Below, piece by piece: positions 1 through 10,123 of a DNA stretch of 27,827 bases. A program made the translations under genes and the position numbers. The notes beneath the pieces are model-generated. The model was not told where the DNA came from and made no database searches. It saw nothing but the letters and a program-made list of their open reading frames with translations. How positions within the stretch are numbered: the stretch's first letter is position 1; each line of letters begins with the position of its first letter. Source of the DNA: a virus (lineage: Duplodnaviria; Caudoviricetes); the IMG/VR virus record IMGVR_UViG_3300044513_004019, positions 1 to 27,827 of that record. One strand, written 5' to 3'.

Positions 1-1527
1 AACGTGGGTAGCACGACTCACGTTCTATTTAATTCAATTAAGGACGAAAACTATTATCCTAATTTTACAATAGCTAACAAAGGAGCAGATCCTCTAGATA
101 TTGAATACCTATCAGGTAGACATTACGACGAAACTCATCCCTTTGGATTATCAGTTAAAGCTTATTACGACCTAGATGATGCCAGTGTTTATAGCGAAAT
201 TGCAAGTACTTATGGAGGCACAGCTACCGCTGGAAACTGGTTTACTCAAACAGTTAATAATTCGTATTACACAGATAACGTAGATGCAACTGGAGAATAT
301 AATGTAGCTAAAAATCAGTATATAACTAAACAGCTAGGTTCTAACACAGTAGAATATGTTAGAAGTACCCTAGATGGTATATCCATTGACTTTGATTTAG
401 ACAATTATAAGCTAGCTTCGGAAAATCCTGAGATTAAAGTATTTTCTCAATTTAACGATTATATTGCAAATAAGGATTTTCAATTCAACGCGATCTTAGT
501 TTACTATGATACCTATGATCCTAACAACTTAGATTCTTCAGGTAATCCAATTGATTCTCAAACTAATCTATATGGAGTTTTATTCCTAGATAAGGTAGAA
601 CAAGATGGCCTTGAATTTAGCATTCCATTTATAACCAAATATAAGCCGGATCCTCTAAATAAGACCAACGGAAACTCATTCGCATACAAGCTAAATCTAA
701 AATTAGATACTTCCATAGAGAATGTGCTTGTTGAAAAATCTATCAACGACTTCTCAACATTCTCGATGGATCTATTTGTAGATGTTTTAACAGAGTTTAG
801 GCAAATACAAACTAAATTAAATGATAAGCTTCTAGAGTTAGAACAACTTACTCAAGATGTTGAAGGATTGAAAGATCTACTAATTAACTCTGAAGATCAA
901 AACGAGCTAACTCTAAGAATTGAAAACCTAGAAACCTCAATAACTGAGAATCAGGCAATTTTCAATAACACTGGAGAATTAGTTAAGATGATTGAAAATA
1001 ACTCAGTTAAGCTTAATGATATTGCCAATGGTAATTCAAACATCGAAATATCATATAATGCAGATGTAATTAGACCTGGTGTTGGTATCAAATTGGATCG
1101 AAGAACTCCTAATAGGATTAGAATTGAAAATTCAAATGAAGAATATAACATCTCTAATAACTCGATCGTCAATATATTTGAGAGTAACGTTATAGCGCTG
1201 TCTAACTTTACTAATTATGTTCGACATGAAGCTGGAGGCTCTGCCGTTACTCTAATTAGAGACTTTGAATTATTAATTGACGACTCAGTTAATAAGTGGA
1301 AGAAGGGACAGACAATGAGGCTAGTGTTTAGTGACGAATTTATTCCTAGTGTATATGATATCAAGATCAAGACTGACTCTCTAAACTTGAAAAATGCTGG
1401 AGTTTACGGAAAAATAGTAGGGATATTAAACGACTTAGATTTTACACCATCATCTAACACTCCTATATTTGAGATCATATGTATTGATGCTGAAAATCTA
1501 ACATTCAAAATAGATAAAATAAGATAA
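1..1527 (+). CDS. Uncharacterised probable virion structural protein, 5'-truncated by the window
   Basis: The frame is open from base 1 (AAC GTG...), so the GTG at 4 is probably not the true start. It contains a beta-rich block (DFQFNAILVYYD...TNLYGVLFLD...NGNSFAYKLNLKLD) and a heptad coiled coil (LTEFRQIQTKLNDKLLELEQLTQDVEGLKDLL). It is co-oriented with the tail fibre gene. Confidence 0.6.
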   Translation, partial: NVGSTTHVLFNSIKDENYYPNFTIANKGADPLDIEYLSGRHYDETHPFGLSVKAYYDLDDASVYSEIASTYGGTATAGNWFTQTVNNSYYTDNVDATGEYNVAKNQYITKQLGSNTVEYVRSTLDGISIDFDLDNYKLASENPEIKVFSQFNDYIANKDFQFNAILVYYDTYDPNNLDSSGNPIDSQTNLYGVLFLDKVEQDGLEFSIPFITKYKPDPLNKTNGNSFAYKLNLKLDTSIENVLVEKSINDFSTFSMDLFVDVLTEFRQIQTKLNDKLLELEQLTQDVEGLKDLLINSEDQNELTLRIENLETSITENQAIFNNTGELVKMIENNSVKLNDIANGNSNIEISYNADVIRPGVGIKLDRRTPNRIRIENSNEEYNISNNSIVNIFESNVIALSNFTNYVRHEAGGSAVTLIRDFELLIDDSVNKWKKGQTMRLVFSDEFIPSVYDIKIKTDSLNLKNAGVYGKIVGILNDLDFTPSSNTPIFEIICIDAENLTFKIDKIR

Positions 1528-1532
1528 AAATA

Positions 1533-4500
1533 ATGGCTGGAACTAAAAATACAATTTCTGATCTATTAAGTAGACTTGTTGTCGACGTTGACAACATGAA
1601 TTCCTTTCTATATAGTTTAGAAAAGATGCTAGAATCTCAGTCTGAGAACATTTCGATTACTCAGAAATTAGATGACGGGACAACTAGAACAATTAACGTC
1701 CCCTCTTTTGGATACCTAAAGGGAAAAATAGACGATGTAAATACCAAGTTTGACACGTTGATATCAGCCAACGACGATGTGATAGGTATCAAGTCTTCTA
1801 ATGGGGATGTTAGAAAGTTTCAGCTAAAGAAAGTATCTAAGCTCATACAGGAGCTAGAGGGAATAAAAGACGCAAACGTCGCAATACCGACCTCGTTTGG
1901 AGTAAAGAACAACTGGTTCTTTGAGTCCTTTCTAAATCCTTTGCTTTTTATAGGAGTTGATGTATCATCAGTTTTAACAGATGACATCGATCAATTCAAC
2001 GTGAAGAGGATAATAATAAACTCGACTGATGACGATCAACTAGCTTTCTTTGATGACAACTATAAAGAAAACAACGATATTGACTTAGACAATCTTTTAT
2101 CAGAGTTAGATAATCAAGGAATAGACTATTTTGAAGACGACAATGTTATATCAATGCCAACTGCTATCAACAGATATAAAGGATCGTTTGATGTAACTAA
2201 GATATTTGAAGAATCTGTTCCACAAACCCTAACATCAACGGGTGAAACAGTATCCGTAACTAGAAGAAGATACAGATTAAACGCCCTAACTTACACGGAT
2301 ATTCTAGACGAAAATGATAACACTAGAATACTGTCTGCTGGGGACGTTCTTATAACTGACAATGATTCTGAATACAGAGTAAGCTCAGTTGATAAGACAA
2401 ACAGCGAGGTAGTCTTAGAGAGAATATTCGGAATTGAGCCGATAACCATCGGAGCAAACATCCTAAGGATTAAGCCAGTGCCTTATAGACTCCCAGAATT
2501 ACAAGTCAATGTTGGATACAACGAGAGACAGATAGTCTTCTTTAGACCTGTAAGCACTTCAAATAATCTAACAATTGATGATTACTCTAAAGGGTTCGGA
2601 GTATTTACAAACGAGTTGACTACTACCCTAGAGGATAATAGTACTTCAACTCTTGAAGATTATTACAACAATTTCGTTGCAGATTTTGGACTCATACTCC
2701 TAAACTCTGCAAAGGAAAAGAAATTACCAGCAATAGTTGCCGAAACTCCAGATGCCCCTACTTTAACTGCAACAGATTTTGAAGTAGTTCAAATAGATCA
2801 GCATATTAAAGAGGACGAGGACGCGGCAGCTATTAGCAATCAAATTGCAGAAAAAGAGAACATTAAAACCCAGATCAAGGAGAACTTAAAGGAAATAGAC
2901 TCCTTAAAATCTCAGTTAAATGATTCTCAAAAGACCCAATCTGAAAAACAGAGAATTGAAAAGAAGATAGATTCTTCAATTAAGAAGAAATCAACTCTTC
3001 AAACTCAGCTCGGAGCAACAGTTAGACAAATAACCACATCTATTGCAACTACCCCTGCTTTCGTTAGAACTCCTAAATATAGAGTTAGAGGATTTTGGCC
3101 AATTCCAGGATCTAAATCAAGTAGATATGGAAATCAAGAAGTAGTTCAGTTTAAAATTAGATATAGATATCTAAGCAAGAAAGGAACTGCCCCTAATGCA
3201 AAACAGAGTGCTATAAACGAAAATGGAAGCACTAAGTTTGCCACATTCTCTCCATGGACTGAAGTTTTAACTAAGCCTAGAACTAGAGAATTAAATGAGG
3301 AAACCGGACTTTACTCATGGGTAGTAGAGGATGTATCAAATGCTGATTTAATAAATATCAACCAGCTTGATATACCTATCAGAAAGGGAGAAACTCTTGA
3401 GTTTCAAGTAAAATCTCTATCTGAGGCAGGATGGCCAGATAACCCAGCTGAGTCTGATTGGTCAGATTCAATTCAAGTTGCTTTTCCATCTGATGTTGAA
3501 TCGGCTGAAGAGGCAACCATAGTAAGCCAAAAAACTTTTGCTGAAGAAGCCAGACTAGATTTTGAAGATGAGCTAACAGCAAGAGGATTAGACCTTCACT
3601 TAGGTACTCAGTTTACAACTGGTGAAAGATTTTTCTCACACAGAACCAAGGACATCGCAAGCGGATTCTTTACAACCGAAGGAAACATTATAGATCTATT
3701 TGAACAGCTGCAGTCTTTCAAAACTCAAATCGAGAGTCTGCAACAGTCAATATCTGAAGATAAAGGAGTTATTAAAGTTTCTATTATTGATCCTCTAGGT
3801 AACACATCTGAGGTAAAAAGAGGAGACACTCTAAAGCTATTCTCAGGTTATTATAGAGATGAGATTAAAGATACCACAGGTGGATCTGTCGTATACAATG
3901 AAGGTAGAATTATAACAAAACAATATGTTTTATCAATTGAGAATACGTCTGCTTCTGCTCTTGAGCTTGTTTCTTTCCTAAGAGGAGGAATTGATCAGGT
4001 CGCTACTGCATCTAGTCCAACTGGATTTCCAGACTCAGACTACCATGTTAATCGAAGATATGATCTTATTCCAATGTCAATAAGTACTGGAACTGAGGGG
4101 GATATCGACGCATATACAAGCATACCAAGTAGACAATCTTCTCAAGTTCAAAGCCAATTTGTATACGCGAGATATAAGAACTACGGTCTGTCTCAGGATT
4201 TAAATTCTGCGTATCCTATCGGAGGATCTTACTCCACATCCGCAGCTAGTTTAACGTATGACGGTCAGGGACAAGTTATTGGTAGCGAGTCCACTCCTAA
4301 TTATTGGGGACACATGTTACCGTTTAAACCTGAAGACAATAGTCCGCTTTACACTAACGGCGGGATAAATTCATCAGTATGGAATGGAACTACCCCAGCG
4401 ACTGGAATTCCAAACGGAGGCGGAATTATTAGTGAATTCTGTATTCATAAAGATCACCCTGATATTCAAAATCTTGGAGCCGGATATGACGTTAGCGTCG

Positions 4501-5129
4501 GATCTAATCTGCTTGACTTAGTTCTTCCTAAGTTTAAAGAAGTAGCAGCTCCACCTGCGATTGACAGTGATGCCACACAAGTATCTCTGCCATTTGCCCA
4601 TGCACTGTTTATGGAAACATCAGTCAATGAAAAAACTGGCAAGTTTGGAAACTCACACTATCAACAAGCAGAATATGATAGACCTGTTAATGTTACCGAT
4701 AATTCTCTTAGAGGGACTAATAACTATCCTATAAAATTAGGATTTGACCCAAATGATGAGTACCTAATTGGTAAGTATACTTGTGGAGCATACTTATACC
4801 TGTTCCCTAATTCTTATCAATCAATATCAGTGGATGGAAATCATCCATCCCTATCAGTGAAGTCAGTCCAGCTTGGATCTGAGAACGCAATAAACGTGCC
4901 TATTTTATTCCAGTATAGAGCATCAGATATTCTTGGAAACATTGGAGGTTGGAGATCTACTGGATCTTTGAACAATATAAAATACTCAAAGAAAATCGGG
5001 ATAGATGTTATAGTTAAGGACGAAGCACCATTCTCGTTTGACGTTGAAATAAGTGCACAGTATAAGAAGGAAACGACTCTAGATTCTCCAGTAGTTTCTT
5101 CAGTCGGTACCGTTAGAACAAGCTTTTAA
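1533..5129 (+). CDS. Large uncharacterised probable virion (baseplate/tail-associated) protein, 1198 aa
   Basis: Long ORF starting 5 nt after the previous stop. It has a central coiled coil (ISNQIAEKENIKTQIKENLKEIDSLKSQL...) followed by a fibronectin-III-like beta segment (QFKIRYRY...FSPWTEV...LEFQVKSLSEAGWP...SDWSD). Function is inferred from context only. Confidence 0.6.
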   Translation: MAGTKNTISDLLSRLVVDVDNMNSFLYSLEKMLESQSENISITQKLDDGTTRTINVPSFGYLKGKIDDVNTKFDTLISANDDVIGIKSSNGDVRKFQLKKVSKLIQELEGIKDANVAIPTSFGVKNNWFFESFLNPLLFIGVDVSSVLTDDIDQFNVKRIIINSTDDDQLAFFDDNYKENNDIDLDNLLSELDNQGIDYFEDDNVISMPTAINRYKGSFDVTKIFEESVPQTLTSTGETVSVTRRRYRLNALTYTDILDENDNTRILSAGDVLITDNDSEYRVSSVDKTNSEVVLERIFGIEPITIGANILRIKPVPYRLPELQVNVGYNERQIVFFRPVSTSNNLTIDDYSKGFGVFTNELTTTLEDNSTSTLEDYYNNFVADFGLILLNSAKEKKLPAIVAETPDAPTLTATDFEVVQIDQHIKEDEDAAAISNQIAEKENIKTQIKENLKEIDSLKSQLNDSQKTQSEKQRIEKKIDSSIKKKSTLQTQLGATVRQITTSIATTPAFVRTPKYRVRGFWPIPGSKSSRYGNQEVVQFKIRYRYLSKKGTAPNAKQSAINENGSTKFATFSPWTEVLTKPRTRELNEETGLYSWVVEDVSNADLININQLDIPIRKGETLEFQVKSLSEAGWPDNPAESDWSDSIQVAFPSDVESAEEATIVSQKTFAEEARLDFEDELTARGLDLHLGTQFTTGERFFSHRTKDIASGFFTTEGNIIDLFEQLQSFKTQIESLQQSISEDKGVIKVSIIDPLGNTSEVKRGDTLKLFSGYYRDEIKDTTGGSVVYNEGRIITKQYVLSIENTSASALELVSFLRGGIDQVATASSPTGFPDSDYHVNRRYDLIPMSISTGTEGDIDAYTSIPSRQSSQVQSQFVYARYKNYGLSQDLNSAYPIGGSYSTSAASLTYDGQGQVIGSESTPNYWGHMLPFKPEDNSPLYTNGGINSSVWNGTTPATGIPNGGGIISEFCIHKDHPDIQNLGAGYDVSVGSNLLDLVLPKFKEVAAPPAIDSDATQVSLPFAHALFMETSVNEKTGKFGNSHYQQAEYDRPVNVTDNSLRGTNNYPIKLGFDPNDEYLIGKYTCGAYLYLFPNSYQSISVDGNHPSLSVKSVQLGSENAINVPILFQYRASDILGNIGGWRSTGSLNNIKYSKKIGIDVIVKDEAPFSFDVEISAQYKKETTLDSPVVSSVGTVRTSF

Positions 5130-5132
5130 TAA

Positions 5133-8100
5133 ATGGCAAGAGAACTAGAATATTCTAAAATATTAGAAGATGAATCGAGCTTTCAATTAGTTAGAACAAA
5201 TCCAAAATTAACAGGTAACGTTAAATTTACGGTAGATTCTAATGATCAAATGTGGCTTAACTCTATTGATGTAAACGAGGAGTTATCTAAGGATCAATAC
5301 AAGAGGGTTTCAATAGATCCCGAGCTTTCGCTTGCTTCTAATATGTATAGATTTTTTGCAGATGGAACAACTCCCAGCGAAATAGTATTCGATCTAAATG
5401 AATCCTTTGAGCCGATTAGAACTTCTAAAGACTTTAAAGATCAGTTTGATTTTTCTGACTATTTTAGTGGAGCCAAATATTTGCCTAGTAGAAGATACAC
5501 AGAAAAACTTTCCTATTTTGCACCCTTATATCTAAAACAAGATATACCGGATTACTTTGTGATATTCAAAGTTGATGATCCGCTAAACAAGCCCATAGAT
5601 CAAATAACACTAGACTATCCTTATGATAGGGTTCAATATATCAAGGACATGTTCAATAAATCGTCCTTAATTAAGACATTTAAAATTGGACCTGGAACTA
5701 AAGTAGGCGACTATATTAGGAAATATGTAGAAGATGAAAGATATCCAACATCTTCCCTTGAAGTATCATTCGACCAAGACAGCTTAACAAACTGGAATGG
5801 AATTCTATATAATTCTGGAGTTCTTGGAAAGAGGGGAGAAAATCTGTCTGAATTATATTCTCAGTCAAATCCTCTTAAATATTTCGAAGAATTCATAACT
5901 CTAGGATACGAAAGAAACGGAGTAATATTTCCTAATATATTAAATTTTGAATTCATATTCGATGATGATACTTCTGATGTGTATGAGTTTAACAGGTACA
6001 TAGGTTTTTATGTTAACACTATTGAATTGAGCCGAGCTAACATCGATCTCGATCGAGCCTATTATCAAAGGCTAAACTGGGAAAATACTCCTAGATTTAG
6101 AAGACAAATCAGGGAATACGAAAAAGTATCTGTTATTCAAGAAAACGAGAACGGAGTAATAGTTCCAGTAAAGGATCTAGAAGTTAAGCTATCAGATTTT
6201 GAAACGGCATTCTCAGGTTCTTCCGATTTATACTTTAATTATTTAAAGGACAGAAACCAAGACTTATATTCAATTAAAATATCTAACCCATATGAGATAG
6301 GGTACGATAGCCTTGGATCTGAAGAGTCTTCCGCAATCATTCGAGTTTCAGATAATACGGTGGATTTTGGAAAGTTTTTTGGACCGGATAATCTATTCTT
6401 ACAGGACACTGGAAACTCAGAATTAGATAGAGGTTATTCCACTCAATACATAAAGGTTTCATCTATAAATCACTTGGATGAAATTAAGATATATCACCCC
6501 AGGGGAACCAGATCTGATTCTAACGGAAAATATGACCTCTTGACTGCCGCTATTGGATACACTGAAGTTCCAGATGCAGGAGATTTCTATTCTTATATAG
6601 ATAGAGACCAGATTATCGGTCACGATGTATACTATTTTAATCCAACTGGACTTTTATCTGAAGTTACATCAGCCATCTCTGGATGTATAAACAAGATGAA
6701 CAATTCCGGGCTTATCGCGTATTCTCATGAAGAATATGTGTTTATCAAAGCTAGAGTAGCGGGATCACATGATAACCTGTATAAAATTGAATTTAAGTCC
6801 CTTACTTCTAATTACAGTGGAGTTGAAATTGATAGTAAGACTGGAACCGATTTAAACGGGACTCTAGTGTCTTTTAGTGGAGGATCTAAAATTGGAAGAG
6901 GAAGATTATCTTTAAGTTCAGATCACTTAGAAAAACTGAAGACAAACCAGAAAAACCTACTAGTACAAACTGCTAACGGGTGGGCTAATATTGAAAGCAT
7001 ATCCAGATATCAAGATTCAATAACTGAGATCAATATGTTGGATCCTAATAAGGCAGGAGTCGCGATAGCTGAATATTTCTCAAAGATAGTAATATCCTTA
7101 GAAATAGAGGATTCACCTGAAATCAATTATAAAAACGCAGTAATATATAATAAGACTAGGCCTGAATTCGGACTATTATCATTCTTTCCTATTAAGGACT
7201 TTGATTTTGACTTCTATTCAAGTGAGTATGCTAATTTCCCGATCCTAGATTTATATAAGGATTACTTTATACCTGAAGGTGTAGAATTATTGAATCACGA
7301 TTATGAATACCAAGTAGTTGGAAGAGGAACCGTTTTAATCGATGGAGTCGAATATTCAACCGGAGATGTGATAACTCTTTCTCCCTCGTCTTCAAACTAT
7401 TCGTATTCAATTGTTGCTGGAAATCCATTCGTAACCTTTAATGGAGACATTAGTACAATAGGATCTCGATTAGATGTCCCGATAAACGACGAGAATAAAG
7501 AGCTTAAGGATTTCTCAGGATTTTTCTTACTAAAAGATCCATCAAGTGTTACTCCAGAAGCAATAGGAAATGTTTTCGAACTTAGGGATAAACACTTAAA
7601 TGGCATAACAAATTCCGAGTATAATTACTTTAAAGAAAATGAGTCTCTTGATTTTGCTATTAAATCAAAGATGATTCCGTATATAACAAAATGGGCAATA
7701 CCAGATAGCTTAGATGCTAGGAGTAATCCTTATCGTCTCAATACTGAGCTTGCTTTTGGTTTCAATAACTTTTCTCCGGATCACGAGGATAGAACACAAA
7801 ATCCTTCGAATTTTACTCATGAATGGTTCTATGTGGAGTCTAATTTCAATTATGTTGAGGATAGACAAACCGCATCTCTAAATAATTCTTATTTTGACGT
7901 TCCATTTGATCTAGATCGTGCTCTAACTGAGGAAGGATACTTTATTGACTATTTCACTTATACACCAATCTTTAACGGTGAAGAAATAGCTAAGACTCAA
8001 ACTAGATATTCTCCAATATTGAAGAACAATCAAGGAGTTTACGAGGCATTCATTAAGGGATTTAAAATAAACTTTAAAGATTACATAGATCCAGATAATA

Positions 8101-10121
8101 TAGATGTATCAGGTAGGCCTATATTCAATCCTAATTCGGATCGATTTGAGGACTATAAATTTACGGTTCTACTTAAAACGGTAAAGGGGGATATTAATGA
8201 CGACACTATTCCACCAATCAGGTATAGAATGATCGAACAACAAACATTTAAGTTTATCATCCTTCTAATAGAACTTACTATACCTGGAAACGAATCAATT
8301 GACGGATATTGGAAAAATCTAAGTCTTGGAGTATCTCCATCAGAAGATTCAGTGAATACCTTAAACTTCCTAGATCAAAATCCAAACCTGATATCATCAG
8401 ACAGAATATTTGACTCGATCAATGGAGACTACCGAATAGAGTTTAAGAATATAGGAGGACTTGAAACCTCGAATATGACCTATTCGGTCTTATATTCGCT
8501 TAAAAGTGCTAAGTTTAATAATTTACTGGACAACTATTCTAATATTAAGTTGTCTAGCAAGCTCAACTTAAGTACATCCGGAGCATTCCAGTCTGGGAGC
8601 AATACAATTGAGATACTTGAGAATCCTAATTATTCTACTTACCCTTTAAATTTAAAGGATGAAATTCATTTTTCTGAATCTGATAATTTTATCATTGCAT
8701 ACAATAAAGTTTTAGACTCTAATGAATTTGTAGACCACGCTCCGGGATTAATTCCCCTAAACGATAGCCCTTTGATTTCTGCAAACGCTAAGGAGGCGGT
8801 TCTTTCTGATAATTCAGATATCTATCTGATAAACGTACTTAATTCACCTACTTTTTCTATACCTACTGGACTAAATGCTAATTTCTTTAGGGATAACTAT
8901 GTATTTAAGATAATGGCAGGTGGAGAAGGATATATGGAGTCACTATTTAGAAAATTGTCATTTGCTGAATTTAAAAACAGAACAAATACACTAGATTCAT
9001 TTATCGAGTACGAATCATATGAAATCCAGGCTGGCTCTCTGGTGGCTAGTGGAGATCTTAATTGGTATTCTGAAATACCTCAAGTATCTTCTATTTCTAA
9101 AAAAGAAGCAATTTTACCCGGAGAAGATGACGATAAGCCATCCCAAGTTTCATCTCAAAAAAGAATTGGATATAGATATTATAAATCTTCTCTCGATAAT
9201 TCTTACGAAATCAACAGATACGAAGGAGGATATGCTCCTCTCTTTAGGAACGTTTTTCCGTTCATGTCTAAATTCAACTTCACAAATAACGATATAGAAA
9301 GCATCGACTCTGGAAACATAAGATTTAATCTTAATGTGGATGACTTTTTAAAGATAAAGAATTTTAGTCACATAAAAATATCGGACACTAAGATACTCAC
9401 CCTTGAATCAAGTGAAGCATATGAGCCTAAATACGAGTCATCTGGAGAAATAGCAATCGGTAGAAACGACTACGATCTATTAATGTCAAATTGGGATCAT
9501 GGATTCCATTTTAAATATGGAACAAAAACCGAAAGTAAGCCAGTTGCCGGATCTTTAAGAATTGAAGAAGACAGCTCGTTCGTCGCTAAGTTAATTCAAC
9601 TAAGGGACGTGATTGAGCTTGAGAATTTTTCAACTGCAAAGGTTGACAAACTTAAAACGATAAACCCTAGAGACTTTGAAATCGTATATACTGAAAATAA
9701 AGGTGATATCGAGGGATATATTAATTTGTCAAAAGCAATTACATCATACCTAATAAGCGACGGAATTGCCGAAAAATTCAATGAATATCTAGTAAACGAA
9801 ACTAAATACATAGGAAATAATAAAACGATTGAGGATTATGTTGTAAAATACATAGAATCTAATATAACTAAATTGTACGACACTTCCGATATTGAGTTCT
9901 ATACGCTTGAGGACAGATCAGCAATAAGCAGTCAAGACGGAAATATAAACGACGTCAAATTTAGTTTCCTCAATGATTCTCAGAGAAACGAGGCAGGCTA
10001 TAAACGTGACAATAGTCTTCAAATAAATAAAACAAATAGACTACTTCTTAAATTCAAGTTCTCTAAGAAGGTGAACAGTGGATTATTAGTGAGTCCTAAG
10101 ATAAAAATTAAATTCATATAA
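5133..10121 (+). CDS. Very large uncharacterised probable virion structural protein, 1662 aa
   Basis: Long ORF, 3 nt after the previous stop and 2 nt before the tail fibre gene. It is acidic and aromatic-rich, with no enzymatic motif recognised. Confidence 0.6.
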   Translation: MARELEYSKILEDESSFQLVRTNPKLTGNVKFTVDSNDQMWLNSIDVNEELSKDQYKRVSIDPELSLASNMYRFFADGTTPSEIVFDLNESFEPIRTSKDFKDQFDFSDYFSGAKYLPSRRYTEKLSYFAPLYLKQDIPDYFVIFKVDDPLNKPIDQITLDYPYDRVQYIKDMFNKSSLIKTFKIGPGTKVGDYIRKYVEDERYPTSSLEVSFDQDSLTNWNGILYNSGVLGKRGENLSELYSQSNPLKYFEEFITLGYERNGVIFPNILNFEFIFDDDTSDVYEFNRYIGFYVNTIELSRANIDLDRAYYQRLNWENTPRFRRQIREYEKVSVIQENENGVIVPVKDLEVKLSDFETAFSGSSDLYFNYLKDRNQDLYSIKISNPYEIGYDSLGSEESSAIIRVSDNTVDFGKFFGPDNLFLQDTGNSELDRGYSTQYIKVSSINHLDEIKIYHPRGTRSDSNGKYDLLTAAIGYTEVPDAGDFYSYIDRDQIIGHDVYYFNPTGLLSEVTSAISGCINKMNNSGLIAYSHEEYVFIKARVAGSHDNLYKIEFKSLTSNYSGVEIDSKTGTDLNGTLVSFSGGSKIGRGRLSLSSDHLEKLKTNQKNLLVQTANGWANIESISRYQDSITEINMLDPNKAGVAIAEYFSKIVISLEIEDSPEINYKNAVIYNKTRPEFGLLSFFPIKDFDFDFYSSEYANFPILDLYKDYFIPEGVELLNHDYEYQVVGRGTVLIDGVEYSTGDVITLSPSSSNYSYSIVAGNPFVTFNGDISTIGSRLDVPINDENKELKDFSGFFLLKDPSSVTPEAIGNVFELRDKHLNGITNSEYNYFKENESLDFAIKSKMIPYITKWAIPDSLDARSNPYRLNTELAFGFNNFSPDHEDRTQNPSNFTHEWFYVESNFNYVEDRQTASLNNSYFDVPFDLDRALTEEGYFIDYFTYTPIFNGEEIAKTQTRYSPILKNNQGVYEAFIKGFKINFKDYIDPDNIDVSGRPIFNPNSDRFEDYKFTVLLKTVKGDINDDTIPPIRYRMIEQQTFKFIILLIELTIPGNESIDGYWKNLSLGVSPSEDSVNTLNFLDQNPNLISSDRIFDSINGDYRIEFKNIGGLETSNMTYSVLYSLKSAKFNNLLDNYSNIKLSSKLNLSTSGAFQSGSNTIEILENPNYSTYPLNLKDEIHFSESDNFIIAYNKVLDSNEFVDHAPGLIPLNDSPLISANAKEAVLSDNSDIYLINVLNSPTFSIPTGLNANFFRDNYVFKIMAGGEGYMESLFRKLSFAEFKNRTNTLDSFIEYESYEIQAGSLVASGDLNWYSEIPQVSSISKKEAILPGEDDDKPSQVSSQKRIGYRYYKSSLDNSYEINRYEGGYAPLFRNVFPFMSKFNFTNNDIESIDSGNIRFNLNVDDFLKIKNFSHIKISDTKILTLESSEAYEPKYESSGEIAIGRNDYDLLMSNWDHGFHFKYGTKTESKPVAGSLRIEEDSSFVAKLIQLRDVIELENFSTAKVDKLKTINPRDFEIVYTENKGDIEGYINLSKAITSYLISDGIAEKFNEYLVNETKYIGNNKTIEDYVVKYIESNITKLYDTSDIEFYTLEDRSAISSQDGNINDVKFSFLNDSQRNEAGYKRDNSLQINKTNRLLLKFKFSKKVNSGLLVSPKIKIKFI
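10022..10030 (+). promoter_or_regulatory. Possible internal late promoter AATAAATAA for the tail fibre gene
   Basis: Exact copy of the motif found in the intergenic regions, lying 93 nt upstream of ATG 10124. It is inside coding sequence, so it could be chance. Confidence 0.35.
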
Positions 10122-10123
10122 TA

